DNA of 35,391 nucleotides from a virus (Duplodnaviria; Heunggongvirae; Uroviricota; Caudoviricetes): IMG/VR virus record IMGVR_UViG_2778261298_000003; one strand, 5' to 3'. Shown piece by piece: positions 20,973 to 34,408 of this stretch (position 1 is its first letter; each line of letters starts with the position of its first letter). The notes under the pieces were generated by a model. It saw only the letters and a program-made list of their open reading frames with translations, ran no database searches and was not told where the DNA came from. The position numbers and the translations under genes were made by a program.

Positions 20973-21876
20973 TCGCCCTCCTGAGAGACGGGATTTACGT
21001 GCATCCAGTGCATCACGCATAACGGTGATCGCATCGGTGCTGTTGACAAGTTCATCAGCCAGTCCGGCATCAATGGCCTCCTGACCGCTGTACACTGCAG
21101 CCTCGGTATCCAGCACAGCCTGCACGGACAGGCCGGTATATGCCGACACCTTCTGTGCAAACATCCGGCGGGTTGCATCCATCCGGGACTGCAGTGTCTC
21201 CCGGACATCATCCGGTAGATGGCTGTAGGGGTTGCCATCCACCTTATGGCTGCCGCTGTAAATCAGCGTGATTTCCACGCCCTGTTTCTCCAGTGCAGCG
21301 CCGTAATTACTGTGAGCCATCATGACGCCGATGGAGCCTGTCCGGGCGGTCTGCGTGACCAGACGCCGGGAGGCGGCACTGGCAAGCAGCTGACCTGCGC
21401 TGCAGTTCATGTCATTGGCCAGCGCCCATACCGGCTTTATGTCACGCACACGGGCGATGATGTCAGCGCAGTCAAATGCCCCCGCCACCATCCCGCCGGG
21501 CGTGTCCATATCGAGCAGAATGCCGTCCACCATCGGATCGCTGGCAGCCTGTTGCAGACGGGCGATAATGCCGTTGTAACCGGTCATCCCCGAGTACGGC
21601 TGCAGCGCCCGCGTCCGGCTGACCAGCGTGCCGGACACCGGCAGCACGGCGATGCCGTTCATGACCTGATAACTGCGGGCCTGTCGTGGTCCGTCATCAT
21701 CACCGGATAATGCCAGCGTCGCGAGTGCCTCCTGGGCAGTCAGGCTGTCGCCGGACACCGCATCCGTCAGGCGGCTGATCTCAAGCTGGCCTGCAAGCGC
21801 ACAAAAGAAAACCCGCGCATAGGCGGGTTCAAGCATCAGCGGCTCATTAAAAGCCATGCTGGCAATATGCGGGAGA

Positions 21877-21896
<20 letters not shown>
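20577..21896 (-). CDS. C: Capsid assembly protease C (ClpP/S49-like) with nested scaffold
   Basis: ORF-track frame to 22031 overlaps B; start re-set to the GTG at 21894-21896 (VTAELRNLPHIASMAFNEPLMLEPAYARVFF...), 439 aa. Confidence 0.9.
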
Positions 21897-25577
<3,681 letters not shown>

Positions 25578-25603
<26 letters not shown>

Positions 25604-26123
25604 TCAGCAACCCCGGTATCAGTTCATCCAGCGCGGCTGCTTTGTTCATGGCTTTGATGATATCCCGTTTCAGGAAATCAACATGTCGGTTTTCCAGTTC
25701 CGGAAAACGCCGCTGCACCGACAGGGGGATCCCGTCGAGAATACTGGCAATTTCACCTGCGATCCGCGACAGCACGAAAGTACAGAATGCGGTTTCCACC
25801 ACTTCAGCGGAGTCTCTGGCATTTTTCAGCTCCTGTGCGTCGGCCTGCGCACGCGTAAGTCGATGGCGTTCGTACTCAATAGTCCCTGGCTGGAGATCTG
25901 TCTCGCTGGCCTGCCGCAGTTCTTCAACTTCCCGGCGCAGCTTTTCGTTCTCAATTTCAGCATCCCTTTCGGCATACCATCTTATAACGGCGGCAGAGTC
26001 ATAAAGCACCTCATTACCCTTGCCACCGCCTCGCAGAACGGGCATTCCCTGTTCCTGCCAGTTCTGAATGGTACGGATACTCGCACCGAAAATGTCAGCC
26101 AGCTGCTTTTTGTTGACTTCCAT
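25578..26123 (-). CDS. Nu1: Terminase small subunit Nu1
   Basis: 181 aa (MEVNKKQLADIFGASIRTIQNWQEQGMPVLRGGGKGNEV...) with winged-HTH N-terminus; ATG verified. Confidence 0.95.
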
Positions 26124-26312
26124 TGTTCATTCCACGGCCAAAAACAGAGAAAGGAAACGACAGAGGCCCAAAAGCTCGTTTTCAGCACCTGTCGTTTCCT
26201 TTCTTTTCAGGGGGTATTTTAAATAAAAACATTAAGTTACGACGAAGAAGAACGGAAATGCCTTAAACCGGAAAATTTTCATAAATAGCGAAAACCCGCG
26301 AGGTCGCCGCCC
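26124..26312 (-). other. cos site: cosN cohesive-end sequence (26301..26312) plus cosB Nu1-binding R elements
   Basis: Plus-strand aggtcgccgccc is the reverse complement of the lambda 12-nt cohesive end GGGCGGCGACCT; three copies of the aaggaaacg / cgtttcctt element at about 26146-26160, 26191-26206 and 26241-26260 between cosN and the Nu1 start. Confidence 0.85.
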
Positions 26313-26511
26313 CGTAACCTGTCGGATCGCCGGAAAGGACCCGCAAAATGATAATAATTATCATCTGCATGTCACAACGTGCATCTACGCCATCAAACCA
26401 CGTCAAATAATCAATTATGACGCAGATATCGTATTAATTGATCTGCATCAACTTAACGTAAAAACAACTTCAGACAATACAAATCAGCGACACTGAATAC
26501 GGGACAACCTC

Positions 26512-26745
26512 ATGTCAACGAAGAACAGAACCCGCAGAACAACAACCCGCAACATCCGCTTTCCTAACCAAATGATTGAACAAATTAACATCGCTCTTGA
26601 GCAAAAAGGGTCCGGGAATTTCTCAGCCTGGGTCATTGAAGCCTGCCGCCGGAGACTGTGCTCAGAAAAAAGAGTTTCTTCTGAAGCAAACAAAGAAAAG
26701 AGTGACATTACTGAATTGCTCAGAAAACAGGTCAGACCAGATTGA
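26512..26745 (+). CDS. Small putative ribbon-helix-helix DNA-binding protein (YlcI-like; family assignment from memory)
   Basis: 77 aa starting at ATG; basic N-terminus (RTRRTTTRNIRF) followed by predicted helices; opposite strand to the late operon. Confidence 0.6.
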   Translation: MSTKNRTRRTTTRNIRFPNQMIEQINIALEQKGSGNFSAWVIEACRRRLCSEKRVSSEANKEKSDITELLRKQVRPD

Positions 26746-26802
26746 AGCAATTTAGATAATCGTGCAGACTACGCCCCCTCATATCACATGGAAGGTTTAT
26801 CT

Positions 26803-27213
26803 ATGGATCAGGTAGTCATTTTTAAACAAATATTTGATAAAGTTCGAAACGATTTAAACTATCAATGGTTTTATTCTGAGCTAAAACGTCACAATGTCTC
26901 ACATTACATTTACTATTTAGCCACAGAGAATGTTCATATTGTATTAAAAAATGATAATACAGTGTTATTAAAGGGCCTAAAAAACATTGTGTCTGTCAAA
27001 TTTTCAAAGGATAGGCATCTTATAGAAACGACCTCTAATAAGCTGAAATCCAGAGAGATCACATTTCAGGAATACAGAAGAAACCTTGCTAAAGCAGGAG
27101 TTTTTCGGTGGGTTACAAATATCCACGAACAAAAAAGATATTACTATACCTTTGATAATTCATTACTATTTACTGAAAGCATCCAGAAAACTACACAGAT
27201 CTTACCACGCTAA
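26803..27213 (+). CDS. ydfO: Uncharacterised prophage protein, YdfO/YbcV-like (DUF1398; family assignment from memory)
   Basis: ORF-track frame from 26788; start re-set to the ATG at 26803 ([28 protein letters not shown]...), which has a GGAAGG SD 7 nt upstream; 136 aa. Confidence 0.7.
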
Positions 27214-27364
27214 ACCATAACGTCCGGCTTCTCTCACTCCTGAGCCGGACTGCATTGGTTTAATAAAAACCATCAACAATTGTGATTTAGATATTCGGAA
27301 CCATTCAAATATAACAAAACCCCGTAAAAACGAGGTTTATGGATAAATTTTATTATTGAATACA

Positions 27365-27538
27365 TCAGATTAAATTAATCTTGACATCATAGCTTTCAAG
27401 ACCCGTCATTTTTTCCCGTGCGGTAAACTGAATACTGGTAACTTCTTTCCCGGTCTTTTTCTTAAGTTCAATAATTTTTTTTGTTATATATTCAGAAATA
27501 TCTGCTTCTGCTTTTGTTTTTAAGTTTTCAATATTCAT
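27365..27538 (-). CDS. gnsB: GnsA/GnsB-family small protein
   Basis: 57-58 aa from tandem ATG ATG (MMNIENLKTKAEADISEYITKKIIELKKKTGKEVTSIQFTAREKMTGLESYDVKINLI); not in the ORF track (below length cutoff). Confidence 0.75.
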   Translation of the reverse strand: MNIENLKTKAEADISEYITKKIIELKKKTGKEVTSIQFTAREKMTGLESYDVKINLI

Positions 27539-27709
27539 CATTTCCTCTTTTAGTCTGTTATGACTTTCCAGTTACACAGTAAGTCGATTATATGGTGCAA
27601 ACGTGTAAAAGATAAGATGAAACATCGCAATAATCAACATACGATAGTCTAAATTTTACACAAACAGACAAAGAAAATTTTCCTGAATTATCAATACAAT
27701 AGCATCAAA

Positions 27710-27940
27710 TCAACTCAAGAGCCTTATTGCTGCTTCCAGAATTTCTTCTGAAGTAACATGTCGATCCGCGGCTACATAAATGACTTTATGATCTCCGGTC
27801 AGAGATGGAAACCCTGCGGCCATTACAGTAAGGTGTGTTTTTTCGCCATTTGGATATTCACGCATGATGGTGTTAACTCCAGTCATCGCTGGCACTACCA
27901 CTGCAGGTTCAGAGTTAAAAAAAACTATGATTTTTTTCAT
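27710..27940 (-). CDS. ynfN: YnfN/YmcE-family small protein
   Basis: ORF-track frame to 27982; start re-set to the internal ATG at 27938-27940 (MKKIIVFFNSEPAVVVPAMTGVNTIMREYPNGEK...), 76 aa. Confidence 0.7.
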   Translation of the reverse strand: MKKIIVFFNSEPAVVVPAMTGVNTIMREYPNGEKTHLTVMAAGFPSLTGDHKVIYVAADRHVTSEEILEAAIRLLS

Positions 27941-28211
27941 GATGTTACCGTAGTATGTGAGTATCCATCGAATAGATACCAAGCAAAAAAGCTCCCGAAG
28001 GAGCCTTCATTTTCACTTTTTTAAATCCAACGACAGACGGCTGGCATTTAAGTATTGTGAAATATTATCAAATGTAATCATCATTGATTTACAAAAGATA
28101 CATTTTGCCCCGAAAGGATTCATGTCAGAAACATCAAAAGATGATGTTCTATACTGGGAACCATGACAACACGGGCATCTAAAGTGAATATGGTTTGTAA
28201 TATTGTCTACC

Positions 28212-28424
28212 TCAAAGCGCCACTACATGAACAGCGGCAGGACCTTTAGGTCCGTTCTCAATACCAAATTCAACTTCCTGATTCTCAGTTAATGTTTTGA
28301 AATCGTTGCTCTGAATTGCTGAGAAATGGACAAACACATCTTTGCTGCCATCTTTCGGCGTGATGAAACCAAAACCTTTTTCAGGGTTAAACCATTTCAC
28401 TAAACCAGTCATTTTGTTAGACAT
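28212..28424 (-). CDS. cspI: Cold-shock protein, CspA family
   Basis: 70 aa with RNP1/RNP2-type motifs ([20 protein letters not shown]); about 360 bp of upstream untranslated sequence, as is typical for cspA-family leaders. Confidence 0.9.
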   Translation of the reverse strand: MSNKMTGLVKWFNPEKGFGFITPKDGSKDVFVHFSAIQSNDFKTLTENQEVEFGIENGPKGPAAVHVVAL

Positions 28425-28787
28425 AATTATTACCTTTTGAAGAAATTAGCCCTTGGGCAGAATGGTCCGAAAAAAAATATCAGAGAGAAAAACCAACAAG
28501 GAAATCTCAAGAGGTACAAATAATAAAATTATAACAATGACTGCTTCAGATAAATTTGTAACAAACCAGAACACCATTAACGCATGATTAACCACCCATA
28601 GCAAGGATTACTTTTGTAAAGAAAAACACAGCAATGAAAGAATAGCTTTATTTATTAATAATAACGTGTCATTCTGATTAAGACCTTTTATCTTACCCTT
28701 AAGATTTCAGGAATTTTGGCTCATGGAAGAGTCCTTTTTATTTAAATTTTACATTCCGCGATGTAAATGTTCCGATTTAATATTACC

Positions 28788-29811
<1,024 letters not shown>

Positions 29812-29815
<4 letters not shown>

Positions 29816-30123
29816 ATATATTTATGATGAGGACGCTCGTGCTTATTGGCAGGATTTTCAATCTTAAAGGAGTACTGATGCTGCAGATAAGACTCAACTT
29901 TTTCTGACAATTTTTCTGCTACTTCCAGGAAGACTTGCCGGACGCTCCTTCTGGCTGCTGCCTCATAAAACTCCAGCGCAGCTCCTTCAACACGGTCCAT
30001 GGCGACATCCAGGTCAAAAATTTCACCGTCAAAGCGTTCTTTGTCCTGTAAGGCTACAGTTACCGTAACTTTATTCTCAAAATTACGGACTCCTTTCACA
30101 ACCAGTTCATAGTCTTGAGTCAT
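29812..30123 (-). CDS. ydfR: Uncharacterised protein YdfR-like (DUF1327), between holin and endolysin
   Basis: 103 aa; its ATG at 30121-30123 lies 5 nt after the holin stop and its stop overlaps the endolysin ATG (ATGA). Confidence 0.8.
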
Positions 30124-30127
30124 TGGA

Positions 30128-30343
30128 TTACTCTCCTCTCGCAGCCTTACGCCTGTCTTCTTTAATCTTGAAATAAAGATTTGTCAGATACGTCAGCAGG
30201 CCAAAAACCAGGCTACCCAGCACACCGATTGCAGCCCACTGTGACGGAGTTACTTTATCGAGTAACTGCAATGCCCAGAAACCAGCATTACCCGCCGATG
30301 TGCCATAGGCAACACCTGTTGTTAACTTATCCATTGATTTCAT
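30128..30343 (-). CDS. essQ: Class II holin (phage-21 S21-type pinholin) with dual-start motif
   Basis: ORF-track frame to 30418; start re-set to the ATG at 30341-30343 ([31 protein letters not shown]...), 71 aa, with a second in-frame Met at codon 4 (holin/antiholin arrangement); two TM segments; basic C-terminus. Confidence 0.85.
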   Translation of the reverse strand: MKSMDKLTTGVAYGTSAGNAGFWALQLLDKVTPSQWAAIGVLGSLVFGLLTYLTNLYFKIKEDRRKAARGE

Positions 30344-30562
30344 ATCCTCACCCCGATGTACACGGATGGTGCAATATGTTTGAAAAGATCGGAGTCTACG
30401 GGGTAGTTTTGACAGCACACGTTGTTCTCAACGGCGCTAAAAAAACATACACATTAAAAATGTGGGTAATTATTTTGAAAGAAAGTCATATATAAAATAA
30501 TAATACGAGAAATGTTTTCATATTTAGTGTACTGTATACGGCCATTTATACAGGAAAAGCCT

Positions 30563-30733
30563 ATGTCAGAACGTAAAAACTCAAAATCACGCCGTAATTA
30601 TCTCGTTAAATGTTCCTGCCCAAACTGCACCCAAGAGTCAGAACACAGTTTTTCAAGAGTACAAAAAGGTGCCCTTTTGATCTGCCCTCATTGCAACAAA
30701 GTATTCCAGACAAATCTTAAAGCTGTAGCCTGA
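30563..30733 (+). CDS. Small zinc-ribbon-like protein (56 aa, two CxxC pairs)
   Basis: ATG with AGGAAAA SD 5-7 nt upstream; MSERKNSKSRRNYLVKCSCPNCTQESEHSFSRVQKGALLICPHCNKVFQTNLKAVA; opposite strand to the late operon. Confidence 0.5.
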   Translation: MSERKNSKSRRNYLVKCSCPNCTQESEHSFSRVQKGALLICPHCNKVFQTNLKAVA

Positions 30734-30790
30734 TTGATTTTATTAGTAACAAGTATTTTTTATATTTTAATAATATATTTAAAGCAGATA

Positions 30791-30814
30791 ATAAAAAACC
30801 CGCCTGAGCGGGTT
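30791..30814 (-). terminator. Rho-independent terminator-like hairpin downstream of cspB
   Basis: Stem aacccgc/gcgggtt with loop ctga, followed on the minus strand by TTTTTTATTATC. Confidence 0.45.
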
Positions 30815-31096
30815 TGAGATTGTGGTGCTTTTTGTGGGAGTCATCCACTTACGCACTTTGTTTTGCCATGCCAGCAGTTAGCTTCTGCTGTAAAACTATT
30901 CATGCAGCAAACCTGCACTTCACCACAATGGTTAGCATACTTTTCCTGATTAAGATTTTGCCAAATATGCTAGCCATTGTTTCATGTATTGGACCTCCTT
31001 ACTTTTTATTAAAGAGATCCAATATTCACTACTCTGTCCGTATCTCTACTCAGGCATCAGCCTTCTTCGTTATCGTATACAGACGAGCGATGAATT

Positions 31097-31312
31097 TTAA
31101 TCAGTAATGATGACATTTGCTGCTGCAGGACCTTTAGCACCACTCTCTATAGAGAAGGTAACCTTTTGACCTTCAAATAAGGTTCGATAATTATCATTCT
31201 GAATCGCAGAAAAATGCACAAACACATCTTTACTACCATCAACAGGAGAAATAAAGCCGAAACCTTTATCAGCGTTAAACCATTTTACTAAACCAGTCAT
31301 TTTATTTGACAT
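31097..31312 (-). CDS. cspB: Cold-shock protein, CspA family
   Basis: 71 aa with intact RNP motifs ([20 protein letters not shown]); ATG verified; long upstream leader. Confidence 0.9.
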   Translation of the reverse strand: MSNKMTGLVKWFNADKGFGFISPVDGSKDVFVHFSAIQNDNYRTLFEGQKVTFSIESGAKGPAAANVIITD

Positions 31313-31612
31313 TCTACATTCCTTAACTTGAGCCTTTCGGCATAAATGGTTTGCATAACAGAAACGACTTCGTACTTAATTGGAGAGACTCAAAGAAGGA
31401 ATAAGTGAATAACACCTGAAATGAGAACTGCTTTAGTAAACTACTTCGTATATCGTCTGTTCTTCAAACCGACGCAATCATTAACGCATAGTTGAACATA
31501 TGAAGCAATGTTTATTTTAGACATCCAGCCATCTTCAACCCCATCAAAAAACTATAGCTTTCTTCAGGAACGTGTGTATAGTGCGCCAAGTTATCAGTAT
31601 TAAGGAATTTTT

Positions 31613-31825
31613 TTGTCCCGTAAAATGACAGGAATTGTCAAAACCTTTGACGGCAAAAGCGGCAAGGGTCTTATCACCCCATCCGATGGTCGTATCGATG
31701 TCCAGCTTCATGTTTCAGCGCTCAATCTCCGCGATGCAGAAGAAATTACCACCGGATTACGCGTGGAATTTTGCCGGATAAATGGTCTGCGTGGCCCTTC
31801 AGCTGCCAATGTTTACCTTTCATGA
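31613..31825 (+). CDS. cspF: Cold-shock-domain paralog with degenerate nucleic-acid-binding motifs
   Basis: 70 aa; apparent TTG start at 31613 with AAGGAA SD 6 nt upstream; the RNP1 position reads [12 protein letters not shown] instead of KWFN..GFGFI. Confidence 0.8.
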
Positions 31826-31879
31826 GCTATATTAAAGCTTTAATTTCAGGCCCCATCGGATCACACATGGAGAGTTTTT

Positions 31880-31969
31880 ATGAATAACCCCGTCTGTCTT
31901 GATGACTGGTTGATTGGCTTTAAAAGCTTATGCTGTACTTTGGCCGTAATAGCTCTGCTAATAATATAA
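31880..31969 (+). CDS. Candidate small hydrophobic peptide (29 aa, [29 protein letters not shown])
   Basis: ATG with GGAGAG SD 5 nt upstream; TAA stop at 31967-31969; not in the ORF track (below length cutoff). Confidence 0.25.
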
Positions 31970-32111
31970 TAAGCAGACTCATTGTGTTTAGGGACATTGT
32001 ACTGGAAGAAAACATTTTAAACATCAGGCAAATAACCAAGTCACCAGCTAAATAATAAGTTAACAGACATGAGTCCCGGGATGAGATTCAACATTACCAT
32101 TGCCCCATTTA

Positions 32112-32153
32112 AAGCACAAAACCCGCTCATCAGCGGGTTTTCTACTTTTTCTT
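32112..32153. terminator. Strong hairpin with flanking A/T runs downstream of Q (candidate tR'-like late terminator, bidirectional in form)
   Basis: Stem acccgct/agcgggt with loop catc; T-rich tracts on both sides. Confidence 0.4.
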
Positions 32154-32186
32154 AACGTCGGGTATACAAAGCCCATCGTTGAAAAA

Positions 32187-32215
32187 ATTTTATCCATATT
32201 TTTTGAAAAATGCAA
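32187..32215 (-). promoter_or_regulatory. Candidate late promoter (PR'-like) immediately downstream of Q
   Basis: Minus-strand TTGCAT, 17-nt spacer, TAAAAT; about 30 bp past the Q stop and about 50 nt upstream of the hairpin at 32112-32153. Confidence 0.3.
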
Positions 32216-32246
32216 ACATCATGTCGCCATCTTCAGCAAAAATCAT

Positions 32247-32999
32247 TTATCTCGTCACCTTCCTCAATTGCGCTTCCGCGTATGCTTCTTCCTGCCAGCA
32301 CTTTGTTACCAGTTTACCAATGACGTCCGCATACCCCTTATACCACTGATAATCGGTCAGGTCTGGTACCAGCTTCTGGACATGACGTCGTGCCAGCGTG
32401 GTCGGTAAACGACTAAACCGGTTTCCATTACAACGCCCACAAATCTTATATACCGGTACGCCATGAAACCGGGTTCTTTTTTCATCCAGAACAATCCCTT
32501 TACCCTTACACCCTCTGCACGCTGTGCTGGCTTCGCCCTTACCATGGCAATGCTGACATAGTTCCTTCACCCATTCTTCCTTGATTACAGATTCCCCGCG
32601 TCTGTAGTGTTTCACCACTTCGCGCAATACATTATAAAATCCCGTACCTGAACAATGCTCACAGCGAGCCTTACTTGCCGCAGACCTGGAGTAATCAGCA
32701 AAGGCAAAACTCACGAGGTAAGGAATAATCTGTAACCGGATTTCTTCACTCAATTTGTTCAATGTCGGGTTATCCAGTGCCATCGCGTAATTTAGCAGGC
32801 CTTCAATCGCAAACTGAGGGTCCTGAACACCAACTTTTGCCAGAAATAAGGCCAACCCAAGTGGTGCTTTCGACTGCACCATCCCCTGCGCTGCCATTAC
32901 ATCCGTAATTGTTAAACAACCGGTGCCTGTCGCTGGAGCGTCATCGCTCAATTTTGGAGATTTTGGGGAGTAATATTTTGGTAAGGCTTCAAGGTTCAT
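32247..32999 (-). CDS. quuQ: Late-gene antiterminator Q (phage-21/82-type, Cys-rich zinc-binding)
   Basis: ORF-track frame to 33029; start re-set to the ATG at 32997-32999 (MNLEALPKYYSPKSPKLSDD...), 250 aa; multiple CxxC/CxxH pairs (CEHCSGTG, CQHCHGKG, CRGCKGKG, CGRCNG). Confidence 0.85.
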   Translation of the reverse strand: MNLEALPKYYSPKSPKLSDDAPATGTGCLTITDVMAAQGMVQSKAPLGLALFLAKVGVQDPQFAIEGLLNYAMALDNPTLNKLSEEIRLQIIPYLVSFAFADYSRSAASKARCEHCSGTGFYNVLREVVKHYRRGESVIKEEWVKELCQHCHGKGEASTACRGCKGKGIVLDEKRTRFHGVPVYKICGRCNGNRFSRLPTTLARRHVQKLVPDLTDYQWYKGYADVIGKLVTKCWQEEAYAEAQLRKVTR

Positions 33000-33012
33000 G
33001 CTCGTTCTCCAC

Positions 33013-34062
33013 TTACGCCAGTACGCCAATTGCCAGCGCGCGATCGATAAAACGAAATATCAGCTCCAGTTGGGAGCCATACTTATCTTCAAATGCCACT
33101 GTATCCGTATGCAGCTCGTTGTGATGCTTTCTGCACAAAGGCAACACAAAGAGATCATGTGCTTTTGTTCCCATTCCGCCCTGCCCGTGACCAATCAGAT
33201 GATGCGGATCGTCGGCTGGCATACCGCAGCAAGCACACGGCTGTGTCTTAACCCAACGTGTGTATTTCTCCTTAACCCAGCGGCGACGTTTAGGCAGCTT
33301 CATGAAAGATTCCGGAGACTCTGGATCAACGGTGATGCTTACCACCGTCTTTTCCTGTGGTGATTTTTGTTGCTGGTGGGCGTAAGGCAACGGTGCAAGA
33401 TTTTTTGTGCGTTGTTTCAATATGCTGGTGGCGGTCTGCTCTCCCGGTACGATGTCGCTTTCGCGGTACACCGAGCAGATTTTTTCCGCTGGTAATCCCA
33501 GCGAACGACGCGATACAGCCTCAGGTAGTGCATCCACCACCTGATTGCAGACCGCCCACCAGGATAATTCAGCCAAAGATAATTCCCGCTCCTGCGTACC
33601 GCTTATTGCGTGACGGATGACGTCAATCACCCATGCTGTCAGATTTTGTTGAGCAAGCAGCTCCAGTGATTCCGATGTCTGGTCACGCAGTTGGTTGTCG
33701 CAGTGCCAGCACAACACCATTGCGCCGGTACCATAACGGTGAATGACTGTTTCAGTGTGATGGTAATCGCCATTAGGCCACTGGCAGGATGTAACATGAC
33801 GTAATAGCCAGTCGGACAATGCGCCAACGCCGCCAGCAGCACGAATCACCCGTTCGTTACTAAAAAACGGCAGCAATGTTTTGTCTTCCGCCAGCGGCTG
33901 GCGAACGGCAGGAACGACTCCGGATGGCAGATTACGCATGCTTTTTGGTTCCGGTTCCACCAGCACTCGAGGATTATGAAATATCTGTATGGATTCACGG
34001 CCCGGCTTAAGGACCACCAGCCCAAGCTCAGGCACCAGAACAGGTCTAAGTAATACCCGCAC
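33013..34062 (-). CDS. ydfU: Uncharacterised prophage protein YdfU-like (DUF968) with Cys/His-rich C-terminal motif
   Basis: ORF-track frame to 34101 starts on GTG upstream of the rem stop; a GTG at 34060-34062 immediately after the rem stop gives 349 aa. C-terminal motif CACCG...HHLIGHGQGG...CRKHHNELH. Confidence 0.75.
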   Translation of the reverse strand: MRVLLRPVLVPELGLVVLKPGRESIQIFHNPRVLVEPEPKSMRNLPSGVVPAVRQPLAEDKTLLPFFSNERVIRAAGGVGALSDWLLRHVTSCQWPNGDYHHTETVIHRYGTGAMVLCWHCDNQLRDQTSESLELLAQQNLTAWVIDVIRHAISGTQERELSLAELSWWAVCNQVVDALPEAVSRRSLGLPAEKICSVYRESDIVPGEQTATSILKQRTKNLAPLPYAHQQQKSPQEKTVVSITVDPESPESFMKLPKRRRWVKEKYTRWVKTQPCACCGMPADDPHHLIGHGQGGMGTKAHDLFVLPLCRKHHNELHTDTVAFEDKYGSQLELIFRFIDRALAIGVLA

Positions 34063-34063
34063 G

Positions 34064-34342
34064 TTACCTCCAGATCCGTTGCTGGAAAGTGCGGGACGCA
34101 CGTGGTGGGCGTTCGGAATAAGGCAGCCTGACAGAGATTATCCAGTGCCGATAGTCGAGACTGAGAGCTTTCTTAACCTCGAACCCGCGCCTGCGGTAAG
34201 AATGAATCAGCCATTCGGCCTGTTCTGCAGTGCATGGAGGGTGCTGGAACCATTCAGACTTGAATGCGTGAGAATACCGCCCGTGCGTGCAGGCAAGAAC
34301 GGGCGAATTATCAGAATTGTAATATTTTGCGTTGCGTGCCAT
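34064..34342 (-). CDS. rem: Small prophage protein Rem-like
   Basis: 92 aa from an ATG at 34340-34342 with GGAGAAAA SD upstream (MARNAKYYNSDNSPVLACTHGRYSHAFKSEWFQHPPCTAEQ...). Confidence 0.8.
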   Translation of the reverse strand: MARNAKYYNSDNSPVLACTHGRYSHAFKSEWFQHPPCTAEQAEWLIHSYRRRGFEVKKALSLDYRHWIISVRLPYSERPPRASRTFQQRIWR

Positions 34343-34408
34343 CGGTTTTCTCCGGTGGCACGGTGTTACTCAGCGGGAGTTCAGCCCCGCGCAAGATTGT
34401 AGATGAGT

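Noticed and set aside
30814-31107. Plus-strand 97-aa ORF between the zinc-ribbon gene and cspB
   Set aside because: Overlaps the terminator hairpin and the cspB 3' region; AT-rich, no SD; considered spurious.
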